Positions 23,179-34,129 of a DNA stretch of 64,000 nt are shown here, piece after piece. This stretch comes from Fistulifera solaris (taxonomy: Eukaryota): NCBI GenBank assembly GCA_030295235.1, contig AP026173.1, forward strand, positions 62,001 through 126,000, given 5' to 3'. Below the pieces are notes generated by a model. The model was given only the letters and a program-made list of their open reading frames with translations. It ran no database searches and was not told the origin of the DNA. Position 1 is the first letter of the stretch; each line of letters begins with the position of its first letter. The translations under genes were made by a program, and so were the position numbers.

Positions 23179-24231
23179 ATGGCAATACGGTCGCGACTCG
23201 TTTTATGGTCGAGTTTGCCGGTCCTTTTAGCCGTGTTTCCTGTCACACGGTGGTTTCTGCTGCAATGGTTCTGTCCTCTTACGTTGCGAATTCATTACCA
23301 GGCTTCCATTTGGGAGGAATGGTCTCCTTCTGCAAAAGATAAAACCTCGGAAGCGATGCGTCTCGATATTCCGACGGTAAATGTGCAAGAATTTTCTAGT
23401 TCACACGCATTGTTGGAGCATTTGAACGAGATGTACGGCCCTTCTTGGCGACATAAGCCTCTATTATTGAAACATATGTGGACAAAAGATCAGTTACAAC
23501 AATCAAATCGCAATTTATCGTTACAAGGCTTATTGCAAATGAATGATTTCAAAATCCCTTACTTTAGCGATGCATCCCAAAAACTCTGGACCCCTGATGC
23601 GTACGGAACGGTCCAACAAATTGTGACGAACATGACGTTCGGTGAACCCCACAAAATCGGTTCGCAACTGTTGGTAGAGCAGCATCCGTCATGGATAGCA
23701 CAAATAGCCCCCAATGAGCTCGTCACCACCTTGTTTGGAAACTATTTTACACCGGAAGCTGTCCAGAAACGATGGTGGAGACCGGCATTAACGACGGTCC
23801 CCGTCTTTGTCGCACACACGCAAACATCGTCGTTTACAGCCTTGCATTGTGAGCCCATCAGGAATGTTGCCGTTCAATTGCACGGACAAAAGCAGTGGAC
23901 GCTCGTCGAACCTCGCTATTGGAAGCAGTTGCAACCCACCGTGGCCCCCGATGGTCGAGCCTATGTCGCTAGTATGGCCAACGCCATCGACGCACCCCAT
24001 TACAACGTCGTGACGCAAGCGGGAGATGCGTTGTGGGTCCCCACGTGGACATGGCATCGTGTCGATTACACGACAACTGCTACAACGGATGATGAAAGTG
24101 AAGATGGTATTGCCATTGCCGGATCCTTGTTTCATTTTCGATTTTACGATTTTGTGACGCAGAACCCACTGTTTGCTGTTGTGCTCTTTCCGGCCATGCT
24201 ACTCGAGTTGATTGGATACAATACGCAATAA
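23179..24231 (+). CDS. JmjC/cupin-8 family Fe(II)/2-oxoglutarate oxygenase with hydrophobic N- and C-terminal segments
   Basis: KPLLLK, TALHCEP (HxE), GQKQWTL and QAGDALWVPTWTWHRV (distal His). Confidence 0.85.
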   Translation: MAIRSRLVLWSSLPVLLAVFPVTRWFLLQWFCPLTLRIHYQASIWEEWSPSAKDKTSEAMRLDIPTVNVQEFSSSHALLEHLNEMYGPSWRHKPLLLKHMWTKDQLQQSNRNLSLQGLLQMNDFKIPYFSDASQKLWTPDAYGTVQQIVTNMTFGEPHKIGSQLLVEQHPSWIAQIAPNELVTTLFGNYFTPEAVQKRWWRPALTTVPVFVAHTQTSSFTALHCEPIRNVAVQLHGQKQWTLVEPRYWKQLQPTVAPDGRAYVASMANAIDAPHYNVVTQAGDALWVPTWTWHRVDYTTTATTDDESEDGIAIAGSLFHFRFYDFVTQNPLFAVVLFPAMLLELIGYNTQ

Positions 24232-24249
24232 GGGAAAGCTAATGGCGGA

Positions 24250-25146
24250 AAGAAAAAGTGTCTGATATGGCGTTACGTTTTATATTCATGCCGTACTAAA
24301 AGTGACAGAGAAACGTCAAGGCGTTGTTAAAGTATCTCAACGAGAAGTACGGACCTTCTTGGCGAAGAAGCCATTACTGCTGAAACAAATGTTTACCACC
24401 GATGAATTGCAGCAACCAATCGCATCTTTACGTTGCACGGCTTAATGCGATTGAAGGATTTTAAACTCCCGTATCTCGCAATGTCTCTTTGACACCGTGG
24501 AATTCCGATGCCTACGGAACGGTCGAAGAAATTGTGATGAACATGTCACTTGGTCAACCCCACAAAATCGGCTATCATATGTTCGGGGAACGCGATCCAT
24601 CTTGGATTGAGGAAATTGTACTACAGAACTGGTAACAACATTATTCGGAGATTTATTCACCGCGGAAGCCGTCTAGAAGCGATATGGGGGCCAGCAATGA
24701 CCACAGTCCCGATCTTTGTCGCGCACAGTCGTTTGGCTTCGCACATGCCTCTTCATTGTGAACCAATAAACAACGTGGCGGTTCAGTTGACCGCATACAA
24801 GCAGTGGACTCTGGTCGAACCAAAATATTGGAAACAGTTGCAGCCGACAGTGTCACCCAACGGTCGGGCCTATCTAGCGAGTATGTCGGAGGCTGTCAAT
24901 GTACCGCACTATACTGTCGTGACACACGCGGGGGATGCCCTTTGGATACCGGCGTGGACTTGGCATCGTGTGGATTATGCGTCTCTCGCTTTTTCTGTCA
25001 GCGATGGTGTTGCGGATGAGATAACCATCTCGGGATCCTTGTTTCATTTTCGATTGCACGATTTTGCAACAACGAATCCATTGCTAGCTTTCATGCTTTT
25101 TCCAGCCATGGTACGCGAACTGTTTAGATATGTCAAACTGTATTAG
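24250..25146 (+). pseudogene. 5'-truncated, multiply frameshifted tandem duplicate of the JmjC gene
   Basis: DNA similarity starts ~20 bp after the JmjC stop (tacggaccttcttggcga vs tacggcccttcttggcga). Several indels lie in 24250-24660; the 3' half is intact (PLHCEP...WTWHRV). Confidence 0.7.
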
Positions 25147-26009
25147 ATCGTGGAATAAAAAGAATGGAGAAGGCCAACGAACCCGTTGGTAATGTCTTCC
25201 TTTATCACGTCAGAATGCATTCAAGGACTGTCGACGCGCCCAATTGAAGGGTTTCCTTTGTTGCCAACAGAGTTAGAGCAGATGATAGAATAGGCGTCTC
25301 CGAACAACTCTAACGTTGCTTGTAACCTTAAATCCTCCGCTTAAGATTTTGTGATTCCTTTCCCCGTCCATTTTTTCTGTGAAACGACTATAACTGCTGA
25401 TTGTCAAAACTAGTTTCAGACTCTGCGATAAGGAGGCGCTACTCCGCACTTGCTTCGACGGCATGGTACGTATCCATGATCTAATCCTCTAAACGGAGTA
25501 TTACAATAATGATTTAGTTACGTTTGCAGAGACACTGATTGCAACTGTACGAAAAGCTTCTGCGAGTTTCGAATCTCAAACGTAGATTCATTTTATTGCT
25601 CGGAGAAAACAAGTCGAACCACAAAATGATGTATGTGTATTGGCTTTTCGATTTCGAAAGCCCATCAATGCCGGCTCTTTCTACAGGAATAGACGTATTT
25701 CAAGTCACTCCCACTTGTTGGTTGACGATTTGAAAGGATGATGATGTGCGTCATGGCTGACAAATGAATCTCGCCTTTAGGAATCAAATTGTGAAATGGA
25801 CAAAACCTTGGTGTCATAAACTGGAAAATCCCAAAGCAAAGATACGTTCTATCTACCGGTGAGTGAACATGCCCGTAATGGTTGATTGTTAGCCCATTAT
25901 TTGTGTCGACGATTACTCACAAACCCATTTGTTGCGGGACGTCGGTATTCCAATCGCCCTTTACCTTCTTTTCTCATCTCTCACTCCCAAGATATCAGTA
26001 ACTCCTACC

Positions 26010-27149
26010 ATGAAGCTTTCTTCTTTGATTCGCATTCTCTTTGTTGGAACCACTCTGTTGAGTGTTTCGGGACAAGGTCGAGGCCGGGACCGCCAAGTCG
26101 ATGCCGGACAAGGAGGAGATGGTCGAAACCGTGATCGTGAAGAAAATGGAGGGGGACAGGGCCGTAACCGCGAAGAAGGTGAAGAACAGGGTCGAGGCCG
26201 CGACCGAGAAGAAGGCGAAGGACGAGGACAGGGTCGAGACCGAGACCGCGACCAAGATGAAGGGCGAGGACAGGGCCGTGATCGCGACCAAGAAGAAGGT
26301 GAAGAAAACGAAGGACAGGGCCAAGACGGCGAAGAAGACGACGAAGGACTCGAAGTCGACGACAAGTGCTGGCCCTGTGAACAGTCATCCGGATGTTTCG
26401 AATGTCTTTCGAAAAGCGACAATGCCGACGGAACCATGACGGTCGAAATCGATTTCTCTGGATGCAAAAACGAGGCGAACATTGGATGGGCCTGTTGTAC
26501 CGGATCGAACGGACCCGATGGTGTCTTTCAGGAAGGCGATTGCGACGTATCGGTATGCTTTGGAACAAACAACCGCGACCGCAACCCGGACGGTCCCAAA
26601 TGCGAAAATGTCAGCACCATGTTTGTTGTCGTCCCCTCCGATGCAGCTGCGGTGGTCATTAACACGCACGATGGTCTCACGGGAAATGATGCCGTTCCGG
26701 CGGTCGGAGCCGATCGTATGTGTGCCGGCCAAGAATTTCAAGGCGGCCGTTGTGCCAAACGAAACAGCGGCCTAACATCCCACTGTTTGGAAACCATCGA
26801 CCTTTCTCGTTGTCCTGCTTCTTTGCCGCTTCCTTCCCCGGTTCCGACTCCCACTCCCTCGGTCGTCGTTTCTACGGCCGCTCCTACGGCGGTTGTGACC
26901 GAGACCAATGAATTGACGCCCATGCCGACTACTGTCATCCCTACGGGCACGCCCGTCGCTACGACTCTTTCTCCCACGACACGTTCTCCCACATCCACTC
27001 CAAGTTCTGCCACCGATTCTCCGACGGAAGCATCCGATATTCCGTCGCTTGTTCCCGGATCGGACGCTCCTTCGGATGTTCCTACCTCCTTTCCTACGGC
27101 GACCAACAATGAAACTCTTGGCGAAGATGAGGAAGATGAAGATGAGTAG
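26010..27149 (+). CDS. Secreted 14-Cys-domain protein, paralog 3, with an N-terminal Arg/Asp/Glu/Gly repeat region and an acidic tail
   Basis: Signal MKLSSLIRILFVGTTLLSVSG, GQGRGRDR(D/E)..EEG repeats, Cys domain, P/T/S stalk, EDEEDEDE*. Confidence 0.88.
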   Translation: MKLSSLIRILFVGTTLLSVSGQGRGRDRQVDAGQGGDGRNRDREENGGGQGRNREEGEEQGRGRDREEGEGRGQGRDRDRDQDEGRGQGRDRDQEEGEENEGQGQDGEEDDEGLEVDDKCWPCEQSSGCFECLSKSDNADGTMTVEIDFSGCKNEANIGWACCTGSNGPDGVFQEGDCDVSVCFGTNNRDRNPDGPKCENVSTMFVVVPSDAAAVVINTHDGLTGNDAVPAVGADRMCAGQEFQGGRCAKRNSGLTSHCLETIDLSRCPASLPLPSPVPTPTPSVVVSTAAPTAVVTETNELTPMPTTVIPTGTPVATTLSPTTRSPTSTPSSATDSPTEASDIPSLVPGSDAPSDVPTSFPTATNNETLGEDEEDEDE

Positions 27150-27549
27150 AGTGAGGTGGTAATCAGGGACCCACGGACTCAATCTTTCCGAAAAAGGGTT
27201 GAGAAACAAACCCCAAGAATCTTTTCTGCATGTCTTTAGATAATACTCCGTAATAGATAGAAAGAGAACCACCAGAACACCGCGTCCGTACATTCGATTC
27301 ATTCGTTATCGCGTCACTGTTGGAATGGATGCTTTCTCTACAAGGTTCGTTGAATATCATCGAACAGATCATCCTACTGGTTATTATTGTTGCTTCACGC
27401 TGCACTCGCGGATACATGATAAACTTAGCGAGATCGCATGATTGTTTTGCGTTCATAGCATGAACGTCTTCAATTGTATAACCGACTTTTTGTTTGTATT
27501 ATAAATAACAGTGATAAGTTTCTGATTTGCCCGCGCATCGCGGCGTTTT

Positions 27550-28835
27550 ATGTTTCCTGGTCGAGTGAAAATAATATTACTGGTACTAAACAGCCACATT
27601 TTCTGGTGAGGTGAAAAAAAACACATCACATTATTTTCCGGAGAAGCGACACTCCCGCATTTTCTGGGTACCTGGTACGTTAAAACATCACACTCCCACA
27701 TTTTCTGGGTAAGTAAAAAAATCATCCGCCCACATTTTCTCAGTACGTGAAAACATCACCCGCCCACATTTTCTGGGTAATAAGTGAAAACATAACACTC
27801 CCACAATTTCTGGGTAAGTGAAAACAATAACACACACCCAGATTTTTTAGGCATGAAAAACAAAAGAACCGTGTTTTTCTTGCAACGCGATCGATTGACC
27901 CACAGCAACAATGACCGCTCCGTGCATTCTCGGAAAGAAGCTGCAGCGGGACGATGAAAATAAAACGGGTCCAGAAATTCTGGACCAATCGCACAGAATT
28001 GCTGTAAGAGTATTACTAGGACGATTCCAGAATTTCTGGAGTCGCCTTAAAATGTCTGTAAGATGAAATAAAACTGGTCAAGACACATTAAATTGCTGTT
28101 AAATTGCTGCATAAAGATGATTAAATCATCCCAGTAATTCTGGAACGTCCTTAGGATTCCCGAAAGATGATAATAAAATGGGTCCAGAAATTCTGGACCT
28201 ATCACACAGAATTACTGTAACAGGATGACAACAACAATTTCAGAATTTCTGGGATCGCCTTAATATTTCTGTAAGATGAAATATAGCGGGTCCAGACTCC
28301 AGACACATTGAATCGCTGTGAGATTGCTCTGTGAAGATAATTGAATGTAAAACGGGTCCAACAATTCTGAACCAGTCACTGAGAATTAGAAATTCCAGAA
28401 TTTCTGGAACCGCCTTAATATTTCTGTATGATGAAAGTTTACGGGTCCGGACACATTTCATTGCTGTAATATTGTAGTCTGAAGTTGATTAAATGATTCT
28501 AGTCTTTTTGGAATGTCTTTAGATTTTCTGTAAGATGAAAATAAAACAGGTCCAGAAATTCTGGACCAGACACACAGAATTGCTGTAAGGTGATGACTAC
28601 ATTAATTCCAGAATTCCTGGAAAGTCGTGCCAACACCACTGCCCAGCTTTTCTGGAAATGTCGAAATGCAACGTGCCTACATTTTCTGGACACAACAAAA
28701 TACAAATCACTCATATTTTCTGGTAGTTCGAATATCCCACTCCCCCACATTTTCTAGATACGTGAAAACCACTCTCCCACATTTTCTGGGAAGGCGAAAT
28801 AGCTACTCGCCCTTATTTTCTGGATACGTGATTTT
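27550..28835. repeat. Composite satellite block: CCCACATTTTCTGG ~35-bp units flanking a ~210-bp higher-order repeat with GGTCCAGAAATTCTGGACC palindromes
   Basis: cattttctgg units at 27595-27850 and 28640-28830; ggtccagaaattctggacc at ~27968, 28181 and 28549. Confidence 0.88.
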
Positions 28836-28991
28836 TTTGGGATAAAGAGGTTCCGAGTTCCGATGCGAGGAGTTCCGAATGCAAAACGGTACGCGGGCAC
28901 ATTGTGGTGTAAACACAAAAGTAAAAGGTATCCATTTTCATTTCAACTGATCCTATTCAAATACTATTTCGTGAACGTTTCCCTTCCCGAT

Positions 28992-29816
28992 ATGCCCCGT
29001 TATCAATTACTCGTGCGCTGTGAAAATGTACCGGTCGTGACACGCTTCTGGCAATCGTCGTACGGCACTTATGTGACTCTCACGGACAAGACGACGCAAA
29101 CGACGTTGGGTCAAACGGAAATTGTTAGCAATACACAACATCCCGAATATGTCACAACCTTCTTTCTCGAAACCGACTCCAGTGTGTATCATCCGCTACA
29201 ATTGGTGGTGTATCAAGATGCCGGAATCGGACGCGATGCGACCGCGATCTGGCAGGCCCAAATCGAAGCAACCGAAGTCGTACAATCTCCCGGACACGAA
29301 CAAATCCTCGAACTATCAAAAACTGGAAAAATCATTGTACGGATGATTGAAATGACGTCGGCTACAACGAATTGGCACTTCCATTTGCGAGCCCTCGATG
29401 TGCAAAATGTCGAACCGGGATGGTTCGGTTTGGGACGTTCGGATCCGTTCTTCGAAATGGCACAAAAATCCGTCGATCCAGCCGTCGGATGGGTGCGATG
29501 GCATTTGTTGTATCGTTCCGAAATCATTTACAATCATTTGAATCCGTACTGGGAACCCTTTCTGTTGCAGCATGTGACGGCCGATCCGATTCATACCATT
29601 GTGCGCATTCGTGTCTACGATGACAATGGCAAACACCATGCTCCCAAATTGATTGGAGAATGTGAAACCACTCTGGATCAGCTCAAACAACAACTCTCGC
29701 AACGGGGAAATGCGGATCGAGAAAAGGCCATGCCTTTGTATCGTGACGGGAAAACGGAAAAAGACACGGGGGTGGTTGGTGGTGTTGCAAGCGAATCAAG
29801 TCAAGTAGTTGCATAG
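28992..29816 (+). CDS. Tandem C2-domain protein (copine C2A/C2B-like, no vWA domain)
   Basis: LGQTEIVSNTQHPEY, LRALDVQNVE.GWFGLGRSDPFFEM, YRSEII.NHLNPYWEPF, IRVYD and LIGECETTL. A probable extra G near 29770 would give the end TGWLVVLQANQVK*. Confidence 0.85.
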   Translation: MPRYQLLVRCENVPVVTRFWQSSYGTYVTLTDKTTQTTLGQTEIVSNTQHPEYVTTFFLETDSSVYHPLQLVVYQDAGIGRDATAIWQAQIEATEVVQSPGHEQILELSKTGKIIVRMIEMTSATTNWHFHLRALDVQNVEPGWFGLGRSDPFFEMAQKSVDPAVGWVRWHLLYRSEIIYNHLNPYWEPFLLQHVTADPIHTIVRIRVYDDNGKHHAPKLIGECETTLDQLKQQLSQRGNADREKAMPLYRDGKTEKDTGVVGGVASESSQVVA

Positions 29817-29888
29817 TTATAGCTCAATGAAATAATTAGCCAGTGGCTGAGTAGATGTTAATTGAAACAAATAACTACTCTTATTTGT

Positions 29889-30566
29889 TTATTTTTCCGA
29901 CGCCGACGGTGACGATGACGACGCCGCCTTGGTGCGTATCACTTTTAAATATTGTTGATGCAACAGGGTCAAGAAACGATCATCTTGCATCAACGACAAC
30001 AGTGCCAGTTGCAGGGCTTTCTTATCCAAGGCTACTCCCGGGAGAGTGGGTGTTGTCGATACTGGGGGCGCTGCTGCTGGTGTCGATACCGTAGTGGTGG
30101 CAACGGTCGTAGTCGTTTGAGTCGTCACTGTCGTATTCATCGTTGTCGGATTCATTCTCAATTGCTGCACAACACGCTGCAAACCTTGAAATACAGCTTG
30201 TTGTTCTTCAGGAAGCGGAAAATAGATTCCCCAAACCCGATCTTCGTGTTTAAACATTAAGTAAGGTGCATCTTGTTGCACTTGAAATTGAGGTGTGAGC
30301 GGATGCACTTCAAAATTTTCCGTCGAATGACGATTCAATAAAATCAACGATGCTGTATTGCTGTCTTCTTCCTTTACGACAAAGAGTGTTCCTTCTTGCG
30401 TCGTCTTGTGCCAACTGGAACGATATTCGTACAAAACAACGTGTGTGGCCGATACAAGAATATCGGTGATGGTCGGACGACACGTGCGTTGCAAAAGCTT
30501 TAAATTGGCTTGTTTCCGATGTGCCTGCAGGGCGGCATTGTCGTTTGACGGTAGTTCGGAAGTCAT
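29889..30566 (-). CDS. DCP1: mRNA-decapping enzyme subunit 1
   Basis: EVH1-type N-terminus (NLKLLQR, ATHVVLYEY, W.K..QEGTLFVV, ILLNRHSTENF, VWGIYF) and C-terminal trimerisation motif LDKKALQLALLSLMQDDRFLTLLHQQY. Confidence 0.9.
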   Translation of the reverse strand: MTSELPSNDNAALQAHRKQANLKLLQRTCRPTITDILVSATHVVLYEYRSSWHKTTQEGTLFVVKEEDSNTASLILLNRHSTENFEVHPLTPQFQVQQDAPYLMFKHEDRVWGIYFPLPEEQQAVFQGLQRVVQQLRMNPTTMNTTVTTQTTTTVATTTVSTPAAAPPVSTTPTLPGVALDKKALQLALLSLMQDDRFLTLLHQQYLKVIRTKAASSSSPSASEK

Positions 30567-31284
30567 ATTGGAATACTTGAGGAGGCAGGAAAAGATTAAA
30601 CAATAAATAATGGTGTTTCCTCTGCTTTGCGTTTTTGTTTTTTATTGCTGCAATAAAAACAAAATAAGGGCATCGTTTCTTCACTATGGGCCATTTTAGT
30701 TTATCGCATGTCGTAACGTGTCTTGGGTATTGGATTTCCAGTAAATCGATGATTCATCGCACTGGCTTTGGAAGGCAATAACACTAACACTCGACACTTC
30801 TTCATTCCAGTCTTGGCAAAGTTGAGGTTACACTTTGGTAAAATGGTGAGCCTAAACATGGATCGCTTCGAAACGCTTTTCAACGCCAAAGAAGGATTTG
30901 CGTTCCAAGTTTATCGAATCGACTGATACGCAGAAAAGAAACAACTATTATGAATGTATTACGTCAAAGACAGCATTGCATGCTGATTCGAATAGCGATA
31001 ATCGTGACTGAAAAGTCCAGACCTAGATTGTCTAGTGATGGATTGCGTTACGGTTCTGTCATAGGGAAAGGATAAAAGTACGCTAAACTCTCAATATTTT
31101 ATTTTATTATCTGGAGTCGATACTACACTTGATGCTAAAGAGACGCCTGAACTACTATCCTAAATAATTATTCCTGGTTTCCTTAAGTCCGAATGTAAAT
31201 TTGACGTTCGACTTATTTTTTTTCATGGTTTTCCCTCTTTTGTCAAAAATATTCCGATTTCGATCTGGCACTTTGCCGAGCAAG

Positions 31285-31592
31285 AAGTTTGGAAACCGCG
31301 ATCTCATAATACAGAAATTCTGTTTTATTCCAGAAAATTCTGGACCAGGTGTTTTCATCTCACAGAAATTATGTGGAGCTTCAATAACCGATTGACCTCG
31401 TTGTTATAGATCATACAGAACTGCCGTGCTGGTTCCTGCAAATCTGGAACGGTGTTTCTCACCAAACATCGTTTCCGAGTGTATTCCAGAAATTCTGGAA
31501 TACCGGGATATCATAATACAGAAATTCTGTTTTATTCCAGAAATTCTGGACCAGGTGTTTTCATCTCACAGAAATTATGTGGAGCTTCAATA
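31285..31592. repeat. 207-bp tandem repeat containing CCAGAAATTCTGGA, left block
   Basis: accgcgatctcataatacagaaattctg at 31295 and accgggatatcataatacagaaattctg at 31502. Confidence 0.9.
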
Positions 31593-31889
31593 TTATTCGT
31601 ACCTTCCTTCGGCTCCGCCCCTCTAAATGAACCAGATTGGAACAAGAGCTGTTTTTACCATTATTCGTGCGCTTTGGTTACGTCAAAACAGTATTCTCCA
31701 TGAAATCGACGCGGCAGGCAGGAAAAGGCCGAGGTCGCAACGTTAGGCGACGAATTACGTACCCAATATCTCCTCGGCCCAAACGGCCTCTTACCGGAGG
31801 ACCGCCCGTTGCTCGACGTTTCTCTCAAAGCAGCTCTCTCTCTCTCTCTCTACCGGATCAACGTGCTCTGTTGATTCTCAATTGAGGCA

Positions 31890-32012
31890 TTTTCGTCTCC
31901 CAACTCCCAACTCTCCCAACGAAGACTTCGTCTCCTAAACGGGAGACTTCGTCTCCTAAACGGGCAACTTCGTCTTCCTATGGGAGACTTCGTCTCCTTT
32001 TAATGGGAGACA
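31890..32012. repeat. 21-bp minisatellite (GGAGACTTCGTCTCCTAAAC) with an internal hairpin
   Basis: About 4 copies; arms GGAGAC/GTCTCC around a TTC loop. Confidence 0.85.
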
Positions 32013-32204
32013 TTTTTTCGATACAAGACAGTACAGGCTGAGTCGTGGAAAACGCATGGGGCATATATTTTAAAACGTTTAAGTAAGTGGAGTCACTGGA
32101 CAACCGAAGTATAATGCCCGATAGTAAAAATACTAGTTAAGTACACTATAAGTGCCTGTCAAGTACCGTCACGTTGAGTACTATGGAGATATATTTAACT
32201 TCGT

Positions 32205-32505
32205 CCCAGAAATTCTGGAATACCGCGATATCATAATACAGAAATTCTGATTTGGTCCCAAAATTTTGGACCAGGTGTTTATTTCACACAGAAGTTATGT
32301 GAACCTTTAATAACCGATTGACCTCGTTGTTATTGATCCTACAGAATTTCCGTGCTGGTTCCAACAAACTAGGAAGCGGTGTTTCTCAACAAACATCGTC
32401 TCCGATTGAATTCCAGAAATTCTGGAATACCGCGATATCATGATACAGAAATTCTGTTTCGGTCCAGAAATTCTGGACCATGTGTTTTCATGTCATATAG
32501 AAATT
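32205..32505. repeat. 207-bp tandem repeat, right block (same family as 31285-31592)
   Basis: accgcgatatcat at 32222 and 32429; 'aataaccgattgacctcgttgttat' is shared with the left block. Confidence 0.9.
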
Positions 32506-32583
32506 ACCAGGTATGTGGACGCTGAACCCATTTTCATGACAATTAACATCCATTTTTCGAGCAATGATCAGCAAATTATAATA

Positions 32584-34077
32584 ATGAATCGAGCTTACTT
32601 ACAAGCATCGTTATCTAACGAGGCAAACGAGGCTGACGATGAGGAAGATCCCTTTGCCGTATTTGGTGATGAAGATGACGACAACGAAATCGAAAACGAC
32701 AACGAAAACGAAATATCAACAACCACAGAGCCATTGATGGCGCCTCGATCTTTGATGACAAACCAACACCACCATGACGAGAAATCTTCCATCGAGTTTG
32801 TTCCACAACGGATTCTGTTACACGACGCCGAATTACTTTCCTCGATTCCTTCGTGGCCCGATCCGTTGTATCAAAGTGGTTGTTGGGAAATTGTTACGAC
32901 GCCGCAATACGGACGAGCCGTGCGTGCCACACAAGCGATCCCAGCGGGGACGCTTTTGTTGATTGAAAAGCCATTGTGGGATCTTTCGACGACTTCGACG
33001 AAGGATGAAACTAGTAGGACGCCATCTCCGGCGGATGTATTGTATCAAGGCGTGCAGTGGCTGTTGGAGCAAAAGCACAACAATTCTAAAGTCGTACAAT
33101 ACGTCGAACACTTGCATCCGACGTTAGAGCAGGTCGAACGAGTCTTAAAAAGCGACACGGTAACACCAACGGAACGAGACCAAATTGTCGATCCTTTGGA
33201 ACAATTGCAACACGATCCCAGATTGCAACAAATGATGGCTGGGGAAGACACCATTACCGTCCGACGCTACTATTTGTTGTTGCAATACAATTTGTTGCGG
33301 ACGGGACTGTACTTATACGTCGCTCTGTGGAATCATCAACACCAAACACCCAATTGTATCAAGTTGGGGAATCAAATATGGACGTGTCGTTCCGTGGAAC
33401 CTCACGAAATGCTGACCATCGATTATGTTCCCGAAATTTCGTCCCGACGGGCCGCCATTGTGTGGGAGCATCACAAATTTCGGGTACCTGCGACTACAGG
33501 ACCCGCGTGGATTCCGCGGTATGAAGCGATTTTGCAAGAATTTCAAGAACAGTATCAATTGCTTCTCGCCGACGAAACATCGCATCCAACGACACAACAT
33601 TTGGAATGGGCCATGGCACTGGAACAGGCCATGTTGGAATTGCTGACCGACCATACGAAATCCTCCGTGGATGATGATACAAATGCGTTCTTGTGGATAC
33701 CGTGTCGTCTGTTGTACTTACAAGTGGGACAATATTTACTTTCATCGTCCACAACGACATCCACTGCATCGTCATCATTATTTCATCTCACCAACCAAGG
33801 CCGCATTGCTTTACTGGAACGATTGTTACAACAAACACAACTGTTATTGAAACAACAACAGCAGTATTATGGACCCGATCATTTGCATTTGGCCACGACG
33901 TACGATGAATTGGCGCAGTTGTGTCACTATTTGGTTCAACAAGATCCTTCCACGTATTATGCCCAAGTATCGGCCCTGGAAAGCCTGTACCGGAAACAAC
34001 ATGAACGAATCCGGCGGCTGTATCCCGAAATCAATGACGACAACCTTACGGAACGTGTCGCATCAACAAACGAGTAG
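32584..34077 (+). CDS. SMYD-like split SET-domain protein with a helical/TPR-like C-terminus
   Basis: YGRAVRATQAIPAGTLLLIEKP (SET-N), GLYLYVALWNHQHQTPNC and EMLTIDY (SET-C), YYGPDHLHLATTYDELA (TPR-like). Confidence 0.8.
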   Translation: MNRAYLQASLSNEANEADDEEDPFAVFGDEDDDNEIENDNENEISTTTEPLMAPRSLMTNQHHHDEKSSIEFVPQRILLHDAELLSSIPSWPDPLYQSGCWEIVTTPQYGRAVRATQAIPAGTLLLIEKPLWDLSTTSTKDETSRTPSPADVLYQGVQWLLEQKHNNSKVVQYVEHLHPTLEQVERVLKSDTVTPTERDQIVDPLEQLQHDPRLQQMMAGEDTITVRRYYLLLQYNLLRTGLYLYVALWNHQHQTPNCIKLGNQIWTCRSVEPHEMLTIDYVPEISSRRAAIVWEHHKFRVPATTGPAWIPRYEAILQEFQEQYQLLLADETSHPTTQHLEWAMALEQAMLELLTDHTKSSVDDDTNAFLWIPCRLLYLQVGQYLLSSSTTTSTASSSLFHLTNQGRIALLERLLQQTQLLLKQQQQYYGPDHLHLATTYDELAQLCHYLVQQDPSTYYAQVSALESLYRKQHERIRRLYPEINDDNLTERVASTNE

Positions 34078-34129
34078 CAATGTTTCCATAATATTATGCA
34101 ACATGTATCTATAATCTTGCTCTTTGATT

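Noticed and set aside
19085..27149. Calling the Cys-rich proteins frustulins
   Set aside because: I could not find the frustulin CxGDCD-type repeat; the Cys spacing differs.
27550..28835. CRISPR-like array or centromere
   Set aside because: Spacers repeat with a ~210-bp period rather than being unique. Similar islands are scattered through the window, so centromere identity cannot be supported from sequence.
32440..32583. N-terminal extension of the SET protein
   Set aside because: It begins inside the 207-bp repeat; the ATG at 32584 is the more plausible start.
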